Shown one piece after another: positions 54,187-64,000 of a DNA stretch of 64,000 nucleotides. The translations under genes and the position numbers were made by a program. Origin of the DNA: Erysipelotrichaceae bacterium UBA2227. GTDB lineage: Bacteria; Bacillota_I; Bacilli_A; Erysipelotrichales; Erysipelotrichaceae. Where the stretch lies: assembly GCA_002348095.1 (NCBI GenBank), contig DDYT01000065.1:91526-155525 (forward strand), read 5' to 3'. The notes under the pieces were generated by a model, which saw only the letters and a list, made by a program, of their open reading frames with translations, was not told the origin of the DNA and searched no databases. Numbering within the stretch: the stretch's first letter is position 1; each line of letters begins with the position of its first letter.

Positions 54187-55680
54187 ATGGGTCTATTCGA
54201 TCATGAAGCAAGGCAGTTTAAATTTGATGTTCTTCGGGAAGTTGCGGTGCATACTTATGAAAATACGCTGACTCCAAACATTGAGGATGAGTTGGCGTAT
54301 AAACTCATACCTACGACAAAGGCGGATTTCCGCTGTTGTGTCTATAAAGAAAGAGAAATTATCCGCCAACGTACACGGTTGGCTATCGGTAAATCACCGA
54401 ACATCCGACGCAAGGAAGATATAAGGCCGAAGCAGATTGTTCAAGTGCTTGAGGCAGCTTGTGATGGGTGTACGATCAAAAAGATTCAAATCACCGATAA
54501 CTGTCGTAAGTGCATGGCAAAAAGCTGTGTCAGTGCATGTAAGTTCGATGCGATTAAAATGGGGGCTGATCGAGCTGTGATCGATCACGACAAGTGTAAA
54601 GAGTGTGGCGCTTGTGTTAAGGTTTGCCCCTTTCACGCTATCGTAGAGACGACTCGACCATGCAAAGCATCTTGTGCAGTTGATGCTATCACCATGGATG
54701 AAAACGGGATTGCGCAAATCGATGAAGACAAGTGTATCAACTGTGCTGCCTGTCAGTCAGCTTGCCCGTTTGGTGCCATTGAAGATACTTCTTGGATCGT
54801 TCCGGTCATTCAACTGATCAAACTTGATACCCCGATCATCGCGATGATAGCTCCTTCAATACAGGGGCAATTTGACTCAGCGACACTTGATCAAATAAAA
54901 GCAGGGATAAAGATGCTCGGATTCAGTGATGTGGCCGAAGTGGCTGTTGGTGCTGATGCTGTCGCATGGTATGAGAAGAATGAGCTAAAAGAAAAGATGG
55001 CTGAAGGCATTCCGATGACCACATCGTGCTGCCCGGCATTTTTGAATCTTGCGAGACAGCATTTTCCAACCGTCTATGAGAAGAATATGTCGACGATGGC
55101 ATCACCAATAATTGTAATGGCCCGTATGCTTAAGAAAAAACATCCCCAAACCGGTATCGTCTTCATCGGGCCGTGCGTAGCAAAAAAACAAGAAGCAATG
55201 TCCGACGGGATGTTTCCGGATGTAGATTATGTACTGACCTATGAGGAAGTAGCAGCGATGCTTGTGGCAAAGCGGATTTATCTCAATGAAATAAAAGCAG
55301 AGGTTCGCGTAGAATCCAGTGTCTTCGGACGAAACTTTGCCTTTGGTTCGGGTGTTTCAAAAGCATTGGTTCAGGCGGCTGCGGAAGATGGCGGAATTGT
55401 GATTCGAAGTGAATATGCGGATGGCTGTTTGGAATGCAAGAAACAACTCATGATTATGAAAGCAGGAAGATTTACAGCAGATATACTTGAAGGGATGTCT
55501 TGTAAAGGCGGTTGCGGAAACGGACCGGCTATCATCGATAACTCAATCAAAGTGAAAGTCCGTTTCGATTTAGAAAACGCTCCCTATAAAGGAAAAAAGA
55601 TTGTTGATACAGTTACTAAATATGGATTCGATGAAACGGATATACACAGACATGCAGCAAAGGAGATAAAATCATGGTAA
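54187..55680 (+). CDS. Monomeric [FeFe]-hydrogenase, group B-like (HfsD-like)
   Basis: H-cluster motifs TTSCCPAF, GPCVAKKQE and EGMSCKGGCGNG; N-terminal RCCVYKE...ACDGC and CxxCxxCxxxC ferredoxin motifs. ATG at 54187 has a properly spaced RBS. Confidence 0.9.
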   Translation: MGLFDHEARQFKFDVLREVAVHTYENTLTPNIEDELAYKLIPTTKADFRCCVYKEREIIRQRTRLAIGKSPNIRRKEDIRPKQIVQVLEAACDGCTIKKIQITDNCRKCMAKSCVSACKFDAIKMGADRAVIDHDKCKECGACVKVCPFHAIVETTRPCKASCAVDAITMDENGIAQIDEDKCINCAACQSACPFGAIEDTSWIVPVIQLIKLDTPIIAMIAPSIQGQFDSATLDQIKAGIKMLGFSDVAEVAVGADAVAWYEKNELKEKMAEGIPMTTSCCPAFLNLARQHFPTVYEKNMSTMASPIIVMARMLKKKHPQTGIVFIGPCVAKKQEAMSDGMFPDVDYVLTYEEVAAMLVAKRIYLNEIKAEVRVESSVFGRNFAFGSGVSKALVQAAAEDGGIVIRSEYADGCLECKKQLMIMKAGRFTADILEGMSCKGGCGNGPAIIDNSIKVKVRFDLENAPYKGKKIVDTVTKYGFDETDIHRHAAKEIKSW

Positions 55681-55922
55681 CCATCGAGATATGTATCGGA
55701 AGTTCATGTTATGTCAGGGGAGCAAACAAAGTTGTTGAATGTGTCAATGCCTGGATAGAACAGTTTGAGTGGGAACAACAGGTAAAAGTAAAAGGTGCCT
55801 TTTGCATGGGATTATGTTCACAGGGACTAGGTGTAAAAATCAACGGACAGCCCATCAGCGGATTAGGTCTGCATAATATGGAGACGATATTACTGCCCTT
55901 GATCCGGCAGGCACTGGTGTGA
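55674..55922 (+). CDS. Thioredoxin-like [2Fe-2S] ferredoxin (HfsA-like)
   Basis: ICIGSSCYVRG...FCMGLC...VKING. Confidence 0.87.
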   Translation: MVTIEICIGSSCYVRGANKVVECVNAWIEQFEWEQQVKVKGAFCMGLCSQGLGVKINGQPISGLGLHNMETILLPLIRQALV

Positions 55923-55923
55923 T

Positions 55924-57582
55924 ATGTCAATCATCGATCTTCAAGAAAAGAACTGCAAAAACTGCCATCACTGTGTTCGCAACTGCCCGGTCAAAGCCAT
56001 CAGTTTCTCAACAGGGAAACCCGTCATTGTTGAAGAGGAATGTATCCTGTGCGGCAATTGTTATGTGATATGCCCGCATCATGCCAAAAAGGTTAACAGC
56101 GATATCGACAGAGTCAAAGCGTGGTTCAACAGCAACGATCGGATTCATATCAGTTTGGCACCCAGTTTTATTGGACTGTTGCAATCCGAAACCCGAATGA
56201 AAGAAATGTTGCTTGAAATGGGTTTTACCAGCATCGAAGAGACAGCGATCGGTGCGGCGGAGGTCTCAGCACATTATCGGAAACTGTGCGGACAGGGACA
56301 TATGAGCAATATCATTTCAACCTGCTGCCCTGTTGTGGTTAAGCTTATTCAAACAAGATTTCCTCAGCTGTTAAGTCAATTAGCTCCGGTCATTTCGCCG
56401 ATGCGAGCCTCAGGAAAACTGATAAAAGAAAAGTATCCGCAAGATAAAGTCGTTTTTATCGGCCCGTGCATCGCAAAAATCGAGGAAGGAGTCAACTGCG
56501 AGGAGATCGATGCGGTATTGACCTTTGAAGATTTATTCGATTTTGCTCAGGTTGATAAGCAGGAATACTTTTCATCATCCTTTTTCGGGGACATTGCGCG
56601 CAGTTACCCGGCAACCGGAGGAATTTTACAAACGATAAATGGCGGTCAGAAGAAATATCAGATGATGGCTGTGGATGGAATCGGTCCGGTGATTGACTGC
56701 CTCTTAGCTATTGTTGATCATCAGATCGAAGGTGTATTTATCGAAATGTCGGCGTGCACCGGTTCTTGTTTGGGAGGTCCGATGCTTAAAGGTGCGCAAC
56801 AACGTCGGTGGAAGGCGCAGCAGATCTTGAGTGTAACAAGTCAGAATAATTACTGGCCGATGTATCAGATTCAGAGTGAATGTCATACACAATACCCTCA
56901 AATCCCTCTAAAACAACAAACATTCTCTTCTCAGCAAATCGGCCAGGTATTGCGCAGTCTTGGAAAAACAACGAAAGAGCATGAACTTAACTGCGGGGCA
57001 TGCGGTTACGAGACCTGCAAAGCGAAAGCCATCGGCGTGCTTGAAGGCAAAGCAGATCCGCATCTGTGTTTGCCTTTTGCACTCGAACAGGCACAATCAA
57101 TATCGAATCTGATTATCGAGCATACGCCCAACGGGATCATCGTTGTGAATGAACATGAAATGATCAAAGAAATCAACCCGGCTGCGCGGGAGTATTTGGA
57201 TTGTGTCAATTATCCGGTCATCCATTGGCCGTTGGAAGCTATTTTGCCTAACGAAGAAATCTGTTCCGAATTGCGAACTCTTGCGGAAGTACGATATTTT
57301 ACCAAAGAATATCCGCATCTCAGCAAGACTTTTCATCATGCGTTGATTCCGATTCCTAAACAAAACATCAATGTCATCATCCTGATGGATTTGACTGAAG
57401 AAAAGAATAAAGAACGGAAAATCAAAGAATATCGTCAGACTATCATGGACATCACACAAAAAGTTATTGATGAGCAAATGAGAACCGTTCAGGAAATAGC
57501 GTCTTTGTTAGGCGAAACCACTGCGAAAAGCAAGATTGCATTAACACAGCTGAAGAAGACGGTTGAGGAAGAATCACAATGA
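55924..57582 (+). CDS. Sensory [FeFe]-hydrogenase with a PAS domain (HydS/HfsB-like, group C)
   Basis: Two 4Fe-4S motifs; STCCPVV, GPCIAKIEE and EMSACTGSCLGG; LNCGACGYETC Fe-S domain; PAS region PNGIIVVN...INPAA; C-terminal QEIASLLGETTA helix. Confidence 0.88.
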   Translation: MSIIDLQEKNCKNCHHCVRNCPVKAISFSTGKPVIVEEECILCGNCYVICPHHAKKVNSDIDRVKAWFNSNDRIHISLAPSFIGLLQSETRMKEMLLEMGFTSIEETAIGAAEVSAHYRKLCGQGHMSNIISTCCPVVVKLIQTRFPQLLSQLAPVISPMRASGKLIKEKYPQDKVVFIGPCIAKIEEGVNCEEIDAVLTFEDLFDFAQVDKQEYFSSSFFGDIARSYPATGGILQTINGGQKKYQMMAVDGIGPVIDCLLAIVDHQIEGVFIEMSACTGSCLGGPMLKGAQQRRWKAQQILSVTSQNNYWPMYQIQSECHTQYPQIPLKQQTFSSQQIGQVLRSLGKTTKEHELNCGACGYETCKAKAIGVLEGKADPHLCLPFALEQAQSISNLIIEHTPNGIIVVNEHEMIKEINPAAREYLDCVNYPVIHWPLEAILPNEEICSELRTLAEVRYFTKEYPHLSKTFHHALIPIPKQNINVIILMDLTEEKNKERKIKEYRQTIMDITQKVIDEQMRTVQEIASLLGETTAKSKIALTQLKKTVEEESQ

Positions 57583-58757
57583 AAGTCGCTGTCGATGCAT
57601 ATTATCAATCCCTAAATAAGCACAATGAAGAACTATGCGGCGATCGGGTATCGGTCATTCATACATCTCACTCATTTATTTGCGTTCTTGCTGATGGATT
57701 GGGAAGTGGTGTCAAAGCAAACATCTTGGCGACATTGACTTCGACCATACTGGCGGAAATGCTAAAAAACGGCATTGAACTTCATGAAGCGGTCTATACA
57801 CTGACATCAACCCTACCAACCTGTAAAGAACGACAGGTTGCTTACAGTACATTTTCGACGCTTCAGGTATTCAATAACGGAGAAGCTGTACTGATTGAGT
57901 TTGATAATCCCAAAGCAATCATCTTGCGGAACGGTATAGAAGTCGAAGTCGCACGACACACGATACGAATACAGAATCGCATGGTCGTTGAAAGCCGTTT
58001 TAAATGCAAGCCTCAGGATGTGATCGTTTTGGTATCCGACGGTGTATTACACGCCGGACTGGGTACTATATTGAATTTCGGATGGAAACGTAAAGATGTT
58101 ATTCAACATTTGCGATCAACAATGCGAAAGAATGATAAAGCACGGGATATTGGCGAAAATCTGATCATCGTGGTCAACGACTTGTACCAGAACACCCCTA
58201 TGGATGATTCGACCGTCGTTGTGGCCCGTATCGCTGATCGAACGAAAACTTTCGTTATGGTCGGCCCTCCCAAAGAAACCAGTGATGACGATCAAACCGT
58301 AATGCAATTGTTGTCGGCTGATGGCAAGAAGATTGTCTGTGGCGGCACAACAGCACAAATCGTTGCCCGTTTCTTAAAAGAAGATATCCGAATAGATGAA
58401 AATATTTCGCTCAACAGCGACTTGCCACCCATGGCGATGATCAAAGGGATCGATTTGGTCACCGAAGGTGTTTTGACGCTGGGACGGGTTGTTGACCTTC
58501 TGGTAGACTGCGTTTCGTCCAAACAGCAATTGGATCACCTCTGCTCAATCGAGGCGAAGGACGGCGCTGTCAAGATGGTCCAAATGTTGCTGTCAGAGTG
58601 CTCCGAAATCGTCTTTCTCGCCGGCCTTGCGGATAACCCGGCACACAGTCAGGTGGCTTACTCACCTTTATCGTTACGATTTAAAGTCCGATTGATTGAG
58701 CGTATTGCTGAGCATTTGCGAAGCCTTGGGAAAATCGTTTCCGTCGTACAATGTTAG
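57579..58757 (+). CDS. SpoIIE/PP2C-type Ser/Thr phosphatase (HfsC-like)
   Basis: ELCGD, LADGLGSGVKA, VSDGV and DDSTV, plus a GPP...CGGTT...TEG C-terminal domain. Confidence 0.88.
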   Translation: MKVAVDAYYQSLNKHNEELCGDRVSVIHTSHSFICVLADGLGSGVKANILATLTSTILAEMLKNGIELHEAVYTLTSTLPTCKERQVAYSTFSTLQVFNNGEAVLIEFDNPKAIILRNGIEVEVARHTIRIQNRMVVESRFKCKPQDVIVLVSDGVLHAGLGTILNFGWKRKDVIQHLRSTMRKNDKARDIGENLIIVVNDLYQNTPMDDSTVVVARIADRTKTFVMVGPPKETSDDDQTVMQLLSADGKKIVCGGTTAQIVARFLKEDIRIDENISLNSDLPPMAMIKGIDLVTEGVLTLGRVVDLLVDCVSSKQQLDHLCSIEAKDGAVKMVQMLLSECSEIVFLAGLADNPAHSQVAYSPLSLRFKVRLIERIAEHLRSLGKIVSVVQC

Positions 58758-58777
58758 TCTGCCTATGGCAGGCTTTT
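58757..58777 (+). terminator. Terminator of the hydrogenase operon
   Basis: GTCTGCC-TAT-GGCAGGC followed by TTTT. Confidence 0.6.
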
Positions 58778-58850
58778 CCTTTGGTTGCGTAGTGTGAAAA
58801 AAATCTGAAAATGATATAATGGGATTGAACCGAATGGACGGGGTGATTTT

Positions 58851-59333
58851 GTGCGTATCGGGCAATCCACGGATATACATGCATTTACAGAGGGCAGACC
58901 TCTGATTTTAGGCGGTGTAGAGATTGAACATTCCATGGGTTTGTTGGGGCATTCGGATGCGGATGTGCTTCTGCATGCAATCAGCGAATCGATCATCGGT
59001 GCGTTGGGACTTGGGGATATCGGCAAACATTTTCCGGATACTGACCCATCATATCAAGGGATATCTTCATTGATCCTATTGGAAAAGACAGCAGAGTTGA
59101 TGGATCAGCAAGGCTATCAGCTGGTTAATCTTGACAGCCTGATTTTGATTGAAAAACCCAGAATAGCCCCTTATATTCAAGAAATGAAAGCAAATATTGC
59201 AAAAGCATTACACTGTAATGATTCACAAATCAACGTGAAGGCAACCCGTGGTGAAAAATTGGGATTTATCGGACGTCAGGAAGGTGTGATGGCGCAGGCT
59301 GTCGTATTATTAGAGAGGAAATCAGTAAAATGA
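58851..59333 (+). CDS. ispF: 2-C-methyl-D-erythritol 2,4-cyclodiphosphate synthase
   Basis: [27 protein letters not shown] and INVKAT. Confidence 0.95.
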   Translation: MRIGQSTDIHAFTEGRPLILGGVEIEHSMGLLGHSDADVLLHAISESIIGALGLGDIGKHFPDTDPSYQGISSLILLEKTAELMDQQGYQLVNLDSLILIEKPRIAPYIQEMKANIAKALHCNDSQINVKATRGEKLGFIGRQEGVMAQAVVLLERKSVK

Positions 59334-60763
59334 AAAGAGTTCGTGTGCGTTATGCACCTAGTCCGACCGGACATTTGCATATCGGAAATGCGCGCACCGC
59401 ATTATTTAATTATCTTTTTGCCAAACATTATGATGGGGATTTTGTATTGAGGATCGAAGATACCGATATTGAGCGGAATGTAGAAGGCGGTGAAGAATCA
59501 CAGCTCTACTATATGCATTGGCTGGGGATCGATCCGGACGAATCTCCTCAACACCCCGGAGCCTATGGGCCGTATCGTCAGATGGAGCGTTTGGATATCT
59601 ATAAAAAACATACCGACTGGTTGATTGAACACGGGTTTGCATACAAGTGCTATTGCACTTCTCAAGAGTTAGATGAAGATTATCAGAAACAAGTGGATGC
59701 CGGTCATGCATCGACCCGCTATAATCGCAAGTGTCTGCACTTAAGCAAAAAACAGCGCGAAGAAAACGATCAGCAGCAACTGCCGTATACCGTCCGGATC
59801 CGTGTTCCGGAAAACGAAACGTATGCGTTTGAAGATATGATACGCGGGGAAGTATCCTTTGATTCCAAAGATATCGGTGATTGGGTGTTGGTAAAGGCCA
59901 ACGGAATTCCGACATATAACTATGCTGTGGTGATTGATGATTACTTGATGGCGATCACGCATGTTTTTCGAGGTGAAGAACATCTTTCCAATACACCGAA
60001 ACAGTTGATGTTATATCGTATGTTTGGTTGGGAAGAGCCGAAATTTGCTCACATGACCTTAATCGTCAATGAGCAACGCAAAAAACTGTCAAAGCGCGAT
60101 AATTCAATCATGCAATATATGAGCCAATATAAAGAACTTGGCTATCTGCCTCAGGCTATGTTCAACTTTATGGCTTTGTTGGGGTGGTCTCCGGAATCAG
60201 AGCAGGAGATTTTCAGTCATGATGAACTGATCAGAGTATTTGATGAGAAGCGATTATCAAAGTCTCCTTCTATGTTTGACAAGCAAAAACTGACTTGGGT
60301 CAATAACCGCTATATAAAGGAACTTCCGTTGTCAGAAGTTGTTGCCCTTTGCAAACCGTTTCTGGAAAAGGATTTTGACATAAGCGAGCGAAGTGATGAT
60401 TGGATAGAAAAACTGATTTCATTATTTCACGATCAATTATCTTACGGTCATCAAATCACTGAACTGGCCAGGTTGTTCTTTGATGCCCCTGCACAGCTTG
60501 AAGATGATGCAAAAGAAGCATTGGCATGGGAAACGACACCGCTGATCGCTAAGTCGTTCATCGAGCATCTGCCATTGGATTGGTCAGTAGAAAATCTCAA
60601 GCTTACGATGGATGCAGTAAAAAATGAAACAAAAATCAAAGGGAAACCATTGTTTATGGGACTTCGTGCGGCTTTGACCGGTCAGTGTCATGGACCGGAC
60701 TTGATGAGCACTGTTTATTTGTTAGGAAAAGAAGAAGTAAGAAGACGGTTGGAGAATATTTAG
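59330..60763 (+). CDS. gltX: Glutamate--tRNA ligase
   Basis: [29 protein letters not shown] and KKLSKR. Confidence 0.97.
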   Translation: MKRVRVRYAPSPTGHLHIGNARTALFNYLFAKHYDGDFVLRIEDTDIERNVEGGEESQLYYMHWLGIDPDESPQHPGAYGPYRQMERLDIYKKHTDWLIEHGFAYKCYCTSQELDEDYQKQVDAGHASTRYNRKCLHLSKKQREENDQQQLPYTVRIRVPENETYAFEDMIRGEVSFDSKDIGDWVLVKANGIPTYNYAVVIDDYLMAITHVFRGEEHLSNTPKQLMLYRMFGWEEPKFAHMTLIVNEQRKKLSKRDNSIMQYMSQYKELGYLPQAMFNFMALLGWSPESEQEIFSHDELIRVFDEKRLSKSPSMFDKQKLTWVNNRYIKELPLSEVVALCKPFLEKDFDISERSDDWIEKLISLFHDQLSYGHQITELARLFFDAPAQLEDDAKEALAWETTPLIAKSFIEHLPLDWSVENLKLTMDAVKNETKIKGKPLFMGLRAALTGQCHGPDLMSTVYLLGKEEVRRRLENI

Positions 60764-60783
60764 TCCATTGGGGAGGTGGTCGT

Positions 60784-62022
60784 ATGTTTGAGCTGTTGGC
60801 AGAGAAGAAGGTCATGCGTGATCCGATTCATGAGTATATCCACATACATTACAAGGTCATTTGGGATAGTATTGATTCTCCGGAATTTCAGCGGTTACGA
60901 AGGATCCACCAATTGGGGCCGACATTTCAGGTATATCATACGGCGGAACACTCGCGGTTCTCTCATTCGCTGGGGGTCTATGAAATCGTCCGTCGGATGG
61001 TGGAAGAAGTTGAAGGGGTAAAAGATCATTTGAGCGAATTTGAGCAGGTCGCTGTCATGTTGGCAGGATTGCTTCATGACCTCGGTCACGGGCCTTTCTC
61101 TCATGCTTTTGAGCTGATTCAAAATCATCACCATGAGTATTATACGGAGCAGATCCTGCTAAAAGACAGCAACATTCATCACATCCTTGTTAAGGCAGAT
61201 GTCAACTTGCCCAAAGCCGTGGCGGATATCATTGCGCACCGACACCCCAATAAGCTGCTTACTCAGATGATTTCCGGACAGTTGGATGCCGACCGGATGG
61301 ATTATCTGCTAAGAGATGCCTATTTTACCGGGACAAGTTACGGTCAGTTTGATTTAGAGCGGATCCTGCGCACGCTTCGTATTGCAGATGATAAACTCGT
61401 TGTTAAGGAAAGCGGTATTCATACCGTTGAAGATTACATTATGGCCCGTTACCACATGTACTGGCAAGTGTATTATCATCCGGTATCGCGGAGTTTTGAG
61501 TCGGTGCTTACCAGTTTTTTCAGAAGGATGAAAGATTTATACAACCATAATCCGCTTTCATTAGCAGGATATGATATGTTTATCCCATTTCTGCGGGATG
61601 ATGTTGTGAGCATTGAAGATTATGCGGCCATGGATGAGCCGGCGTTTATGTACGGAATGTCTCAGTGCAAAAAACACCCGGATAAAATTCTTGCGGATTT
61701 GGCAAGGCGGTTGCTGACTCGGGATTTGTTCGGTTATATGGATATCGACAATGAAAAATCCATTGCGGCAATGAAGAAAAAAGTTGAATCTTGCGGATTT
61801 GATACAGAGTATTACTTTACCGTCGATCGTGCGAAACAGCAACCGTATCAGCCTTATCGCGGCAAGGAAAGTTCATTGATCTGGGTATTATTGAAAGACG
61901 GTCGGATCCGCGAGCTGTCGAATGTCTCTGTTATCGTCCAAGCCATTGTTAAAGGTGAGGATAAGAGTGATCAGAAAATGTTTTTCCCCAAAACATGTAT
62001 CGAGGTAAATCATGAACAATGA
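60784..62022 (+). CDS. HD-domain dNTP triphosphohydrolase-like protein (YwfO/SAMHD1-like)
   Basis: RDPIH, FQRLRRIHQLG, HSRFSHSLG, LLHDLGHGPFSH and DADRMDY. Start at ATG 60784. Confidence 0.9.
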   Translation: MFELLAEKKVMRDPIHEYIHIHYKVIWDSIDSPEFQRLRRIHQLGPTFQVYHTAEHSRFSHSLGVYEIVRRMVEEVEGVKDHLSEFEQVAVMLAGLLHDLGHGPFSHAFELIQNHHHEYYTEQILLKDSNIHHILVKADVNLPKAVADIIAHRHPNKLLTQMISGQLDADRMDYLLRDAYFTGTSYGQFDLERILRTLRIADDKLVVKESGIHTVEDYIMARYHMYWQVYYHPVSRSFESVLTSFFRRMKDLYNHNPLSLAGYDMFIPFLRDDVVSIEDYAAMDEPAFMYGMSQCKKHPDKILADLARRLLTRDLFGYMDIDNEKSIAAMKKKVESCGFDTEYYFTVDRAKQQPYQPYRGKESSLIWVLLKDGRIRELSNVSVIVQAIVKGEDKSDQKMFFPKTCIEVNHEQ

Positions 62023-63253
62023 GTTTAAACTGCGCAGAGAGCGTATTCTGGCTGAGCTGCCACTAAACAGTATGGTTTTATTATTTGCGGGAAAAGGAAT
62101 AAAGCGTTCGGCTGATGCTGATTTTCCGTTTGTGGTCAATCGGAATTTTGCATATTTGACAAACATCGATGAGCCGGAAGCGGTTCTGATGATGGTTAAA
62201 CTGAAGCATCGGATCTCGACAACACTGTTTGTCCGGGATATTGACTTGACATTGCAGAAATGGAACGGAAAGTATATGTCGGTCGAGCAGGCAAAAGATT
62301 TGAGTCAAATTGATTCGGTCATTTACTTGTCGGGCTTTGATGCGACCTTCATATCACAACTTACCCGGGCGGGGGTTGAACGGGTATATCTTGATCTCGA
62401 ACGGCTGAATCTGACCGACCGACCGCTGGCTGGGGAGTTGTTTGCGAAGAAACTTAGAGAAACACATCCGGCGTTACCTATCAAGAACATCTATCCTACC
62501 ATTGCTGCGATGCGAGCCGTTAAGTCTGATGATGAAGTTGAGAAAATCAAACAATGTGTTGAGGTAACCAATCAGGCATTTAAGAGAATGGTTTCTCATA
62601 CCAGAGCTTGTGCATTTGAATATGAGTTGCAGGCAGAGTTTGAGTATGAACTCAAACGGAATGGTGCATCGCCTGCTTTCGATATGATCGTTGCCGGCGG
62701 ACAAAGAGCTACGGTTTTGCACTATGTTGAAAATAATGAATCATTAGCGGATGATGAGTTGGTACTATGCGATATGGGTGCTTCGATGCATTTGTATAAT
62801 TCAGATATTACCCGAACTTTTCCGAAGTCGGGCAAGTTCACGGAGCGTCAGAAACAGTTGTATAATGTCGTCCTGGCAGCAATGGATGCAGTATTTGCCA
62901 AAATTCGTCCGGGGGTTACGTTGAAAGAACTGAATGATGTCGTAATCGATACTTATGAGCAGCAGTTAAAGGATATCGGACTGATTCAAAACAGAAGCGA
63001 GATTTCTCAATATTATTATCATGGAGTATCTCATTTCTTAGGACTGGATGTGCATGATGTCGGTCAGATCGAAAATATGAGTTTGGTTGCGGGAAATGTA
63101 ATCACGGTTGAACCCGGACTGTACATCGAAGCAGAAAAAATCGGCATTCGAATTGAAGACGATGTGCTTGTAACTGAAGAGGGATATCGAAACTTAAGTA
63201 AGGATATCATTAAATCAATTGATGAGATTGAAGCATTAATGAGTAACAGATAA
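62012..63253 (+). CDS. pepP: Xaa-Pro aminopeptidase (M24B)
   Basis: AMP_N domain, LHY, DMG, SDITRTFP, HFLGLDVHD, EPGLY and GIRIEDDV. Confidence 0.9.
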   Translation: MNNEFKLRRERILAELPLNSMVLLFAGKGIKRSADADFPFVVNRNFAYLTNIDEPEAVLMMVKLKHRISTTLFVRDIDLTLQKWNGKYMSVEQAKDLSQIDSVIYLSGFDATFISQLTRAGVERVYLDLERLNLTDRPLAGELFAKKLRETHPALPIKNIYPTIAAMRAVKSDDEVEKIKQCVEVTNQAFKRMVSHTRACAFEYELQAEFEYELKRNGASPAFDMIVAGGQRATVLHYVENNESLADDELVLCDMGASMHLYNSDITRTFPKSGKFTERQKQLYNVVLAAMDAVFAKIRPGVTLKELNDVVIDTYEQQLKDIGLIQNRSEISQYYYHGVSHFLGLDVHDVGQIENMSLVAGNVITVEPGLYIEAEKIGIRIEDDVLVTEEGYRNLSKDIIKSIDEIEALMSNR

Positions 63254-63421
63254 CTTGTTTCAAAACAGGAAGAAAATGTACATAAAAGTGTACATTTTTT
63301 TGTTTTCGACAAAAGGGATGTGTGTTTCTTAGAAGCAAGGATATGAATTCTTACGGAAACATGCTAATTCTCTTGACAAACATTGACGTTTCTATATAAT
63401 TCAAGAAGAAAAAGGTATGAT

Positions 63422-63841
63422 ATGAAACACTTGCATCCTGTCATCTGCAGAGTATCGCGTAAATCTGTTTCAGATGGTAAAAGCGAAGTCATTCATTTGG
63501 GCAAAGCGTATCTGTCCCAGTTTTCTGACGGGATTCTCTTGGTTTATCATGAGTCAGCCAACGATGAAAATTGTAAGGTTACGTTGGAGGTCAATGATGG
63601 AATCATTACTTGCCTTCGTCAAGGAGAGGCTGTCACATCATGTACGTGGCAACACCTTGCGCCTACTTCAATTTCCGTGAAGTCAAGTTTCGGTCAACAT
63701 CTTTTTGAAGTCATGACACATCTGGTCATCGTTGAAAAAGATATGGTTTTTGTCGATTATGACTTGATGGTCGATGCAGATGTAATCGATCGTATTGAAA
63801 TGAAGTGGGAGATTAAGGAGGATGTTCATGAATCAAATTGA
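63422..63841 (+). CDS. DUF1934 family protein
   Basis: Beta-rich small protein (YHES, RQGE, SSFG) directly upstream of argS, the usual context for this family. Confidence 0.65.
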   Translation: MKHLHPVICRVSRKSVSDGKSEVIHLGKAYLSQFSDGILLVYHESANDENCKVTLEVNDGIITCLRQGEAVTSCTWQHLAPTSISVKSSFGQHLFEVMTHLVIVEKDMVFVDYDLMVDADVIDRIEMKWEIKEDVHESN

Positions 63842-64000
63842 ACTAAATTTGAAAGCGATGATTCAGTCGGCCGCAAAAGGTGTGTTTGATGTGGAATTGA
63901 CGTTGGAAGATATCGTTATAGAATTGCCTAAAGACAAGGCGCATGGAGATTATGCGACCAATGTGGCGATGCGTCTGACACGAATTCTGAAGAAGAGCCC
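63828..64000 (+). CDS. argS: Arginine--tRNA ligase (5' part; runs off the window's right edge)
   Basis: RBS AAGGAGG; ATG at 63828 reads MNQIELNLK...IELPKDKAHGDYATNVAMRL. Confidence 0.92.
   Translation, partial: MNQIELNLKAMIQSAAKGVFDVELTLEDIVIELPKDKAHGDYATNVAMRLTRILKKS

Noticed and set aside
59406..59915. 169-aa antisense ORF in gltX, and similar antisense ORFs in gpmI, dnaX, the rodA-like gene, the DMT gene and mfd
   Set aside because: They lie within well-supported genes on the opposite strand or frame and show no motifs or RBS; expected by chance.
63254..63421. Possible T-box or riboswitch upstream of DUF1934-argS
   Set aside because: No TGGNACC-type antiterminator or AGAGA/GGTGAA motifs; only a terminator-like hairpin and promoter-like hexamers.

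Overview
This 64 kb window spans the chromosomal replication origin of a low-GC Bacillota bacterium. It uses genetic code 11; gene content and the small SRP RNA suggest an Erysipelotrichales-like organism (inference). Genes left of about 15.6 kb lie almost all on the minus strand (metG, rsmI, ricT, holB, tmk, gpmI, divIC, mfd, pth, jag, yidC, rnpA, rpmH). Genes right of it lie mostly on the plus strand (dnaA, dnaN, recF, gyrB, gyrA, serS, ffs, tadA, dnaX, recR, fhs, mutS, mutL, miaA, folD, ychF, darA, a four-gene [FeFe]-hydrogenase/H2-sensor cluster, ispF, gltX, argS). Features absent from the ORF track but readable in the sequence: partial metG and argS, rpmH, two T-box riboswitches (Met AUG, Ser UCC), a roughly 79-nt SRP RNA, a bipartite oriC, two parS sites and two Rex-like operators. 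I saw no mobile element, CRISPR array, rRNA or tRNA. The most notable observations: (1) parS sites overprinted on the serS T-box stem III and on the SerRS coding sequence; (2) an intact PTS EIICB-like gene that has lost its phospho-Cys and sugar-binding motifs; (3) a lipoprotein with two tandem FMN-bind-like domains behind a Rex-like site, plus a DUF4405-like cytochrome elsewhere in the window; (4) an hfs-like H2-sensing operon divergent from a PfkB pseudokinase; (5) a nuclease-less PUA/EVE-like protein in the dnaX-recR-fhs operon. All family calls come from motif recognition by eye; no database search was run.
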